Positions 11,170-20,300 of a stretch of 64,000 bases of DNA are shown in pieces. The first letter of the stretch is position 1. Each line of letters begins with the position of its first letter. The DNA comes from Phycisphaerales bacterium (GTDB lineage Bacteria > Planctomycetota > Phycisphaerae > Phycisphaerales > UBA1924). The stretch is from NCBI GenBank assembly GCA_052168215.1, contig JBQLZJ010000009.1:16049-80048 (forward strand). Direction: 5' to 3'. Below the pieces are notes generated by a model. That model did not search any database and was not told where the DNA came from. It saw only the letters and a list, made by a program, of their open reading frames with translations. A program made the translations under genes and the position numbers.

Positions 11170-12788
11170 TGCTGCTGCTCCTGCTCATCGTGGTGCCGCT
11201 GATCTGCGCGGGGCTGATCGTGTTCAACCCGCGTGAGCTGGCGAAGTACATCGCCACCGGCGCCACGCTCGTTTCGGTCGCGATCGCGGCGGCGGCGCTG
11301 ATCCAGTTCGACTTCGGCCGGGCCGCGGAGGCGCAGCTCGCGGTGAGCGTGCCGTGGCTCCCGGCGATGGGGCTCGAGTTCTCATTGGCGACGGACTCGG
11401 TCTCGCTGCTGCTGATCGCGCTGACGGTGCTGCTCGGGCCGATCTGCGTGATCGGCTCGTTCACGGCCGTCAAGGCGGACATCAAGACCTACTACGCCTG
11501 GCTGCTGATCCTGCAGTCCGCGATGGTCGGCGTCTTCGCGGCGCAGGACCTCGTCCTGTTCTACATCTGCTTCGAGTTCACGCTGATCCCGATGTACATC
11601 CTGATCAGCCTCTACGGCTCATCCAACCGCAAGCGGGCGGCGACGAAGTTCTTCCTGTACACCTTCACCGGCTCGGTGATCGCGCTGGCCGGGTTCATGT
11701 TCGTCGCGTGGCACCACCAGCAGCTGTTCGGCGCGTGGACCTTCTCGATGCCGGCGCTCGCGGAGAGCGCCCGCCTGATGTCCCCCGGGCAGCAGGCCTG
11801 GGTGCTCGCGGCGTTGCTCGCCGGCTTTGCGGTGAAGGTGCCGCTCTTCCCGGTGCACACCTGGCTCCCGCTGGCGCACACCGAAGCGCCCACGGCCGGC
11901 TCGGTGATCCTGGCGGGCGTGCTGCTGAAGCTGGGGACCTACGGCATCTACAAGTTCGTCCTGCCCTATGCGCCGGACGCGGTCGTGCAGCACGCGCCGC
12001 TCATCGGTGTGCTCGCGGTCATCGGCATCGTCTACGCGGGCCTGATCTGCTGGGTGCAGACGGATGTCAAGAAGCTGGTGGCCTATTCCTCCGTCAGCCA
12101 CCTCGGGTTCTGCGTGCTCGGGCTGTTTGCGATCAACTCTGTCGGTGTCACTGGCAGCGTGCTGTACATGATCAGCCACGGGTTCTCGACCGGTGCGCTC
12201 TTCCTGATGATCGGCATGATGTACGAGCGGTATCACACGCGGTCGATGCGTGAAGTCGGCGGGCTCGGTTCGAAGATGCCGATCTGGTCGAGCTTCATGG
12301 TCTTCTTCGTGATGGCGTCGGTGGGGCTGCCGGGGCTGAACGGGTTCGTCAGCGAGATCATGACGCTGATGGGCACCTTCCAGGCGCACCAATGGACGGG
12401 CGAGGGCGGTGCCCACCCGGGCGGCACGCCCGGCACGCTCGGGCCGTGGTACGCGTTTTTTGCGGGCACGGGGATGATCGTCGCCGCGATGTACCTGCTG
12501 ATCATGACCGGCAAGATGGTCTGGGGCGCCTACCGCGAGCCGGAGGGCCATCACGCCCACGACGAGCTGCCGACGGATCTGAACGCGCGTGAGATCGGGC
12601 TGCTGCTCCCGCTGGCGGCGGGCTGCCTGATCTTCGGTCTGTATCCGAAGCCGCTGATGCAGGCTGTGGAAGCGCCGGTGAACGAGGTGGTGGCGCTCTA
12701 CGAGGGCATCGTGCCGCCCGCGGACATGCCCGAGCCGTCGCTCACGCCCGTCAACCACGACGCGGAGCATTCCGGGGGAGCCCACTGA
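11169..12788 (+). CDS. nuoM: NADH-quinone oxidoreductase subunit M
   Basis: FAVKVPLFPVHTWLPLAHTEAPTAGSVILAGVLLKLGTYG and LVAYSSVSHLGFCVLG. The ATG shares its A with the nuoL TGA. Confidence 0.9.
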
Positions 12789-12791
12789 GCC

Positions 12792-14432
12792 ATGTTGGAG
12801 AAGCTCGCCTCACTCTGGCCCGAGATGACGCTGTTCGCGGCGACCTGCGTCGTGATGGTGCTCGGTCTGTCGCCGAGCGCCGCGGTCCGCCGGCTGTGCC
12901 CGTTGCTGACGGGCCTCGCCCTGGCGGCCGCGGGGATCCTGGCGCTCGGCACCTCGCCGGTGATGACCGAGGCCCAGAGCGTGACCCCGGGGCTGATGCC
13001 GTACGCGAAGGCGGTCATCGCCCTCGTGGGCATCCTGCTGACGCTGCTGCTGCAGGGCGTGGTTGACCGGTTCGAAGAGGCCGACATCGAGGCGGGCCGT
13101 CGGCGGTTCGATCCGCTTCGTCTCACGCGCGGCGAGTTCTACGCCTTCTTCCTGTTCTCGATGACGGGGCTGATGCTGACGGTCTCGGCGGACAGCCTGA
13201 TCTGGCTCTTCCTGGCGCTCGAGCTGACGAGCCTGCCGACCTATGTCATGGTGACGATGTCCTCGCCGCGGATGCGCGCGAAGGAGGCGGGGGTCAAGTA
13301 CTTCTTCCTGGGGGCGCTTGGGGCGGCGGTCTTCCTGTACGGGTTCGCGCTGCTCTACGGCGGGACGGGCTCGGTGCACCTGACAGCGATCCGCGACGCG
13401 CTCGCGACGCAGGCCGCGGGCGAGGGCATCAACCCGGTGGCGATGACGGGGCTGATCATCGCGCTGCTCGGCGTGGGGTTCAAGGTCGCCGCCGTGCCGA
13501 TGCACTTCTACACGGCCGATGTCTACCAGGGGGCGGCGGCGCCGGTCTCGGCGATGCTCGCGTTCGTGCCCAAGACCGCGGGCTTCGTCACGATCATCAT
13601 GCTCGCCGCCCTGCCCGGCTGGACGCACGGCGACACGGGCGGACAACTGCCCGAGCTCGTCCGCGTGACGCTCTGGATCATGGCGGCGCTGACGATGTTC
13701 GTCGGGAATGTACTGGCGATCCTGCAGAGCTCCGTCAAGCGGATGCTGGCGTACTCGTCGGTCGCTCACTCGGGGTACATGCTCGTCGGCGTCATCGCCG
13801 GCCCGGGCGACAGCTTCTCGCAGAGCGGCATCGCCGCGGTGCTCTTCTACCTGCTGGCGTACGGCATCATGAACACCGGGGCGTTCGCTGTCATCGCCTC
13901 GCTCGAGACCCGGCACGCCTCGACGACGGACCTCGGCGAGCGCGTGCACGATGAAGCCGACCATCTGGACGCCTACCGCGGGCTCTGCCGGTCGAACCCG
14001 GTGCTCGGCTGGTCGATGGTGGTCTGCGCCCTGAGCCTGCTCGGCTTCCCGCTGACGCTCGGGTTCTTCGGCAAGCTGCCGCTGTTCACCGCGGGCATCG
14101 GCGCCGGCGAGATCCCGCTGGTGATCGTGCTGGGGATCAACTCGGCGATCGCGGCGTTCTACTACCTGCGTCTTGTGGCGCTGCCGATGTTCGAGCAGCC
14201 GGGCGATGAGGCCGAGGACTTCCGCGAGAGCTTCGCGCCGACGCGAAAGATCGCAGGTGTGATCGCCGCGGGCGGCGTGCTGGTGCTGACGGTGCTGGCC
14301 GGTCCGCTCATGGACGCCGCCTTCGCCGCCACGCGGGCGGATGAGCCGCGTCTCGAAGTCGGCACGAACCCCGGCGAGGCTCCCGATGCCCGCGTGTTGA
14401 CCGTCTCCGGGGCGATCGTCACCGCCGAGTAA
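12792..14432 (+). CDS. nuoN: NADH-quinone oxidoreductase subunit N
   Basis: LALELTSLPTYVMV, GFKVAAVPMHFYTADVYQGAAAPVSAMLAFVPKTAG and MLAYSSVAHSGYML. Confidence 0.9.
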   Translation: MLEKLASLWPEMTLFAATCVVMVLGLSPSAAVRRLCPLLTGLALAAAGILALGTSPVMTEAQSVTPGLMPYAKAVIALVGILLTLLLQGVVDRFEEADIEAGRRRFDPLRLTRGEFYAFFLFSMTGLMLTVSADSLIWLFLALELTSLPTYVMVTMSSPRMRAKEAGVKYFFLGALGAAVFLYGFALLYGGTGSVHLTAIRDALATQAAGEGINPVAMTGLIIALLGVGFKVAAVPMHFYTADVYQGAAAPVSAMLAFVPKTAGFVTIIMLAALPGWTHGDTGGQLPELVRVTLWIMAALTMFVGNVLAILQSSVKRMLAYSSVAHSGYMLVGVIAGPGDSFSQSGIAAVLFYLLAYGIMNTGAFAVIASLETRHASTTDLGERVHDEADHLDAYRGLCRSNPVLGWSMVVCALSLLGFPLTLGFFGKLPLFTAGIGAGEIPLVIVLGINSAIAAFYYLRLVALPMFEQPGDEAEDFRESFAPTRKIAGVIAAGGVLVLTVLAGPLMDAAFAATRADEPRLEVGTNPGEAPDARVLTVSGAIVTAE

Positions 14433-14455
14433 CCGCCGTCGCGCGGCGATCGTCG

Positions 14456-15427
14456 TCAGGACCAGTCGTCGCCGTCTTCGTCATCGCGGTCGCGCCGACG
14501 CCGTCGGCCGGCGGTCTGCTTGCGTCGGCGGGACTGCTCCTCGTCCCAGTCACGCTCGCCTCGATCGCCCTTGCGATCGCGTTCCTTCAGCCCGACGGTC
14601 TGCACCAGCAGGCCCGTGAGCGAGACGACGAGCCAGATGGCCGTCCACTGCGCGGCGGAGCGTTCGAGCAAGGCCTTGCCGGGCAGATCGAGCGCCTGAC
14701 TGAGCAGATAGACGGCCGGCAGCCAGAGGCCCGCGCCGGCGAACGCCGTCACCATTGCGGTCGATTTCTTCGGGAAGAAGACGCTGGCGGCGAGCCCGAG
14801 CAGCAGGCCCACGAAGGCGGCGGCCGCGAGGAGCGTGCGGTCCCGGACCGACAGCGGGTCCCACACATCCGCCTTGATCCCCACGAAGAGGTCGCGGGCG
14901 AAGGTGCCGGGGTCGCTGGCGGCCTCGCGGGCCTCGTCGAGGGTGATCTCGCCGAAGCGGTCCGAGAGGCCCGGCTGCGGTTCAGCGGGGTCGGGCGCCG
15001 GGGCGATCTCGCCCGCGAGCGTGTCGCCGGACGGCTCGGCCGGCGGCGCGGGGTTCATCTGGATGATGACGGCCGCGGCGAGCACGCCCAGCCCCGCCAT
15101 CACCCCCGAGGCCAGAACGCCGATCGCCAGGCGAAAGATGAGGATCGCGGCGAGGGCACCGACCGCGCCGCCGCCGGCGGCTCCGACGACCCCGCCGGGC
15201 AGACCGAACAGCTCGTCGAACCCGAGCCCCGGGACGGCCGCGTTGCCGAGGAACCCGCCGAGCAGGGCGCCGATGACCGCGAAGGCCGGCTTGAGCACCC
15301 GTCGGCCGCTGGCCCAGAGCATCACGCCGGTGACGATGGCGATGAGCAGCCCGGTGTGCGCCCACAGGGGGTGATCGCGCAGCGCTTCGACGAGCTGGTG
15401 CACCTGGTCGAGCTGGTCTGGATTCAT
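14456..15427 (-). CDS. Multi-pass membrane protein of unknown function with a highly charged R/D/E tail
   Basis: ATG at codon 86 of track ORF 14456..15682 gives MNPDQLDQVHQLVEAL.... The longer start would overlap the pheA leader. Contains several Gly/Ala-rich TM helices and ends ...KERDRKGDRGERDWDEEQSRRRKQTAGRRRRRDRDDEDGDDWS. Confidence 0.55.
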   Translation of the reverse strand: MNPDQLDQVHQLVEALRDHPLWAHTGLLIAIVTGVMLWASGRRVLKPAFAVIGALLGGFLGNAAVPGLGFDELFGLPGGVVGAAGGGAVGALAAILIFRLAIGVLASGVMAGLGVLAAAVIIQMNPAPPAEPSGDTLAGEIAPAPDPAEPQPGLSDRFGEITLDEAREAASDPGTFARDLFVGIKADVWDPLSVRDRTLLAAAAFVGLLLGLAASVFFPKKSTAMVTAFAGAGLWLPAVYLLSQALDLPGKALLERSAAQWTAIWLVVSLTGLLVQTVGLKERDRKGDRGERDWDEEQSRRRKQTAGRRRRRDRDDEDGDDWS

Positions 15428-15567
15428 CGCGGCTCCGAGCGCTGGGTCTGGATCACTGTATCGCGCCGTCGCCGGGTTCCTTGGGATTTCTCGCCCCGCA
15501 GTCTCGGCCGGGCGTGGAACATCGGTCGCGGAGGACCGATACCCTCCCCGCCGGAGACACACGCCCC

Positions 15568-16830
15568 ATGGCCCGCCGATCCAAGACGAATTCGAAGAAG
15601 TCTGCCCCGAGCCGCCGAGCCCCGAAGCCCTCGGGTGCTGCATCGTCTCGCCCGAAGCAGGCCCCCCCATCGACAGGGTCACCCGAATCGGGGACGGAGG
15701 CGGCGGGTGATCCGCGGCAGCGCGCTCGGCTGGATCGGCTGCGCGCGAAGATCGATGAGGTGGACTCGGAGCTGGTCCGGCTGCTCAACGAGCGGGCCAA
15801 AGCGGTCAAGCAGGTCGGCACGCTGAAGCGGGCGAGCGGGATCCCGATCTACGCACCGCACCGGGAGAGCGAGGTCCTAGCCAAGGCGATCAGCCGGAAC
15901 CGCGGCCCGCTGCCGGACCGGACGGTGGAAGGGATCTACCGGGAGCTGATGTCGGGGAGCTTCGCGATCGAGCGGCCGCTGCGGATCGGGTACCTGGGGC
16001 CGCGCGGGTCATTCAGCCATCTGGCGTCGGTGAAACACTTCGGATCGAGCGTGGACTTCGAGGACCTGCGGACGATCGACGGTGTGTTCACCGAGATCCG
16101 GCGGGGGCATGTCGACTACGGGCTGGTGCCGATCGAGAACTCGATCGGCGGGGGGATCGTGGAGACGCTCGATGCGTTCGCGGAGCATGCGGGGCACCTA
16201 CGGGTGTACGCCGAGGCGCAGATCGAGATCCATCACGCGCTGCTGGCCAACTGCGAGCCGTCGAACATCCGTCGGATCCACTCGAAGCCGGAGATCTTCA
16301 GCCAATGCCGAACCTGGCTGGCGACGCAGTACCCGGAGGCGGAGCTGGTGCCGGCGGCGTCGAGCAGCCGGGCGGCGCAGACCGCGGCCGAGGAGGTCGA
16401 GACCGCCCTGGCGATCGGGACCACGCCGGTGGCCGCGGCGATCGGCAACTCGCTCGCTGGATCGATCTACGGCCTGAACACGCTGTTCGAGAACATCGAG
16501 GATCGGCCGGGCAATGTCACCCGGTTCCTCGTGTTGAGCCGTGAACGAGCCCGCCGGAGCGGCGACGACAAGACCTCGATCATGTTCAACACGCAGGACA
16601 AGCCCGGCGCGCTGGTGGCGGTGCTGCAGGACTTCCACGAGGCCGGGGTCAACCTGACCCACATCGACAAGCGGCCGAGCGGGCGGGAGAACTGGCAGTA
16701 CACCTTTTTCATCGACGCCGAGGGCCACCAAGACGATCGCATTCTGTCAGGTGTGCTGAAGCGAGCGGCTCATCACTGTCGCGAGCTGACTGTGCTCGGC
16801 AGCTACCCGCGTTCGCGACGGCTGCTCTGA
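15568..16830 (+). CDS. pheA: Bifunctional chorismate mutase / prephenate dehydratase (P-protein)
   Basis: Chorismate mutase: LDRLRAKIDEVDSELVRLLNERAKAV. Prephenate dehydratase: IGYLGPRGSFSHLA. ACT domain: TSIMFNTQDKPGALVAVLQDFHEAGVNLTHIDKRPS. ATG at codon 30 of the track ORF. Confidence 0.9.
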   Translation: MARRSKTNSKKSAPSRRAPKPSGAASSRPKQAPPSTGSPESGTEAAGDPRQRARLDRLRAKIDEVDSELVRLLNERAKAVKQVGTLKRASGIPIYAPHRESEVLAKAISRNRGPLPDRTVEGIYRELMSGSFAIERPLRIGYLGPRGSFSHLASVKHFGSSVDFEDLRTIDGVFTEIRRGHVDYGLVPIENSIGGGIVETLDAFAEHAGHLRVYAEAQIEIHHALLANCEPSNIRRIHSKPEIFSQCRTWLATQYPEAELVPAASSSRAAQTAAEEVETALAIGTTPVAAAIGNSLAGSIYGLNTLFENIEDRPGNVTRFLVLSRERARRSGDDKTSIMFNTQDKPGALVAVLQDFHEAGVNLTHIDKRPSGRENWQYTFFIDAEGHQDDRILSGVLKRAAHHCRELTVLGSYPRSRRLL

Positions 16831-17334
16831 CGGGGTCGGCCGCTGTCCTCGGGACGACGGCCGATGGACGAAGGGCCACCGTGTCCGAACTGAAGTCGCA
16901 GAATCCCGCTGCCCGGACCGCTGGAATATGGTCCGAGGGGGTTTCTGCGTGCTGAAGGGCGGATCCGCTGCTGGCGGCGCGAGCGCAAGGCATGGATAAT
17001 GCCGGAGCGTTCCCGGGCCGGGGAGGTCGGGGGGCGCGTGGGCTGGCGCCGGTGCGTCGGCCCGGGGGGCGGGCGGGCAAGGAGCCCGCAAACGGTCCGC
17101 GTCGGCTTGAGAGTCGGCCTTTGGTCCGGTAGCCTCCTCGACACACGCGGGAGAGCGGCTGCGGAACGGATGCGCCCGCTCGAACCCGAAGGCAGGTCCC
17201 GAACCGGCGTCGCACGCTCGGCGGCGGGGAGTGGGGGCTCTCGCTTGAGAGTCCGGGACCAGACATTGCGTGCGACGGGCCGCCACGGATGTGCGCTCGC
17301 CGCGACGCGAACACCGCGGGACAGGAAACCAGAT

Positions 17335-20300
17335 ATGAGCCGTTCGTCTGACGCGCGTCGTCGCTATGTCCGCTCCGCTGATTCCATCGTCCGTCGGGCG
17401 AAGCAGAGCGGTCTGACCGCGGATGGTCTGACCTCCGCCGCGGGGCACGCGGGGGGCATCGAGCGTGCCCGCGTGGAGCAGCTCGAGCCGCGCAAGCTGC
17501 TGTTCAGCGTGACCGTTGACGACAGCTTCATCGATCCGGTGACGGGGCTTGGGCTGGCCGAGGGGTTCTTCGGGTACTTCATCCCGCTGCTGCAGACCTC
17601 CGAGGATGTGACCATCGAGCCCGACGAGCTCGTGACGGAGGACTTCAACGACGAGGATCTGGGCGCCGTCTTCTCGGGCGATGTGTTCGATCAGAGCGAT
17701 GTGCTCTTCCTTCGCGGCGGTGCGGTGACCAGCCGGATCGTGCAGCCCGTGCCGGATGTCGACGAGCAGCGGCTCGATCTGCGGATCACGAACCCGGGCT
17801 CGTTCTTCTCGTTCGCGACGCTGTCGGACTCCGAGAACGCGAACGGGCCGCGGAATGTCAACACCGCCGTCACCTTCAGCGTCGGAAGCGGCGGCAACGC
17901 GTTCCGGCTGCTCAACGGCCAGATCGAGGTCGAGCTGCTGTTCGAGGGCCAGGTGGTCGACACCTTCGACCAGGCGGACCTGACCGCGATCGGCCAGAAT
18001 GTCGGCGCCGAGACGAACTACACACTGTTCAGCCGGAACCAGGGCGTGTTCGGCGGTGTGTTCGATGAGGTGCGGTTCGTCCAGCGCGCGCCCACGGGCG
18101 GCAACCCGGAGCAGGCCGGCGACTTCTTCATCGACGACCTGAACTTCCTCCAGCCGGCGGGGAACTTCGCCGATGTGATCGGCCCCCGCGCCTTCGGCGT
18201 GTCGTTCAGCATCCTGGCGCCCGTCGGCGCCACGGTCCAGTTCCTCGACATCTACGGCCGGGACATGATCCAGACCATCCGCGTCGGCGGGTCGGCGGGC
18301 AACACGAATGTCGTGCGGGGCGACTTCGACGATGACGGCGTGCCCGACTTCAACGACGGCATCGGCCGGATCATCATGACCGGCTTCGACAGCACCAGTT
18401 CCTTCAAGCTGACGGGCGGCACGATCGAGTTCTTCGACGGCCCGGCGCCGGACGGAGCCGACTTTACCGAGGGGGGCGACGCGGCGTTCTTCTACGCGGA
18501 AACGCTCAGCCTGTACGACGACTTCGAGGAAGCGGGCTTCGGCTTCTTCATCTCGGGCGAGGACAGCACGGTCTCCGGCCTGCCGGATGACGGCCCCGGC
18601 ACGGTCATCATCGGCTCGCAGTTCGTCCGGCCGCTGAACGACTACGACCCGCTCGAGGCTGCTTCGCTCGACTTCGATTTCAGCCGGGACGACCAGGGCA
18701 TCTTCCTGAACGACGGCTCGTCCATCGGGCAGGTTACGACGAACGCGATCCTGTTCGGCTCGAGCAACTTCAACGGCTCGGTCGGTCAGTTCTCGTCGGG
18801 CTACTTCCTCGGGTCGCTGGCGGTCGCGGGCGACCTCGGCGGGTTCTACGCGGGCACGGACGCCGGCGCGTACCAGATCGACCCCGACGCCGTTGACGAT
18901 GACGATGTGATCGTCGACTTCCCGCTGACGAACTCGCAGGTGGTCGTCGGGCGGACGCTGGGCGACTTCGCGGTCGCCGGCCGGAGCTTCGTCGACATCA
19001 CCGTCGAGGGCGACCTGAGCTCGCTGGATGTCGAGCCGGACGATGTGCTGGTGTACGACGAGCGCGAGCTCGTCTTCGGCATCAGCCTGGACGCGGACCC
19101 CGCGGCGGTGATCACCGCGCAGGCCGAGTATCTCAACGGCGGGTTCCAGGTGCTGCCGCAGATCTTCACGAGCTCCGCGATTGGCACGATTCCCGGGACG
19201 ATCGTCAACGCGACGGCGTTCGGCGATACCTACTACCGCAACGACTCGATCCTCAACGCCGAGTTCGTCGGCGGCGCAGCGTCGGCGGTGGTGGTCCGCG
19301 GCTCGCTGGGCGGGCAGGACCCGATCAACACGGGCCAGGACGCGAGCGATGTGTACGCCTTCGCCGTCGACGGTTCGACCGAGGTGGTCATCGAGACGCT
19401 CTCCTTCACGGGCGTCGGGTTCCGCGTGGTCGATGTCGACGGGCGAACCGTCGCGGCGACCTCGGGCGACTTCGACACGGCGTTCGGGCAGGTCGTCCGG
19501 TTCAACCCGGACACGCCCGGCGTGTACTACCTCGTGCTCCACAACCCGACCGGTCAGGATGTCGACGAAGAGATCGACGCGGTCTACAGCGTTCTGATCT
19601 CCGGCATGGCGCCGACGACGCTCGGGTCGTACCGCACGGGCCTCGGCGGCGGCAGCACGCAGGACACCCGCGACAACGCGCCGGACGGGTTCCAGGAGCG
19701 CGCCTCGATCACCGTGCTCTCCGGCAGCGTCGGCTCGGTGCGCATCGGTACCGGCTATGTCTCCGGCGCCGGCACGGAGGAGAGCACCGTTGACTTCATC
19801 AATGTCTTCGGCGAGGAAGACGACGAGCAGCTCAACGCGAACGGCCTGAGCCTGTCGACGCCGGGCAGCCTGTACAGCTTCGTCAGCGGCGGCGACATCA
19901 ACTCCGCAGACGGCCGCGCCAGCGCCCCCGTGTCGCTCTCGATCGGACGCGATCTCGGCACCTTCCACACCGGGCGTTCGCCCATCGCCGGCATCGGCGA
20001 CGCGGGCCTGGTTCGGCTGGATGTCGGCGGCCGGATCGGCCTGATCGACATCAACGGCAGCATCGCCGCCGACACCGAGAACGCCGACGGATTCCTCAAC
20101 CGATTCCCCGGCGATACCTTCATCGTTCGGACCGGGCTCGACCCGGATCTCGACGGCGACATCGGGCTCATCATCGTGGGCCAGCAGGTCACCGGCGACG
20201 CACTGACGATCGACACCAGCGCCTCACCCGGCGCGGTGGTCGGCGGGCTCCTGATCTCGCAGCGGACCGAGGACTTCGGCCGGGGTGGAGACTTCGGCGA

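Noticed and set aside
17100-17260. gagagtccgggacc and aggcaggtcccgaa in the giant-gene leader as possible RNase P RNA (GGAAAGUCCGGGC) or SRP RNA (GGUCCGGAAGGAAGC) cores. I also tried a loose GEMM/c-di-GMP riboswitch comparison.
   Set aside because: Only short partial matches were found. The other universally conserved segments and helices of these RNAs are not present around them.
16999-17334. Upstream in-frame extension of the giant ORF (track start at 16999).
   Set aside because: The 112 extra residues are R/G/A-rich with non-coding-like composition. The ATG at 17335 places LEPRKLL at the usual N-proximal distance.
17335-17400. RRRYVR near the N-terminus of the giant protein as a functional twin-arginine (Tat) signal.
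   Set aside because: No hydrophobic h-region or A-x-A cleavage site follows, so by itself it does not qualify as a Tat signal peptide.
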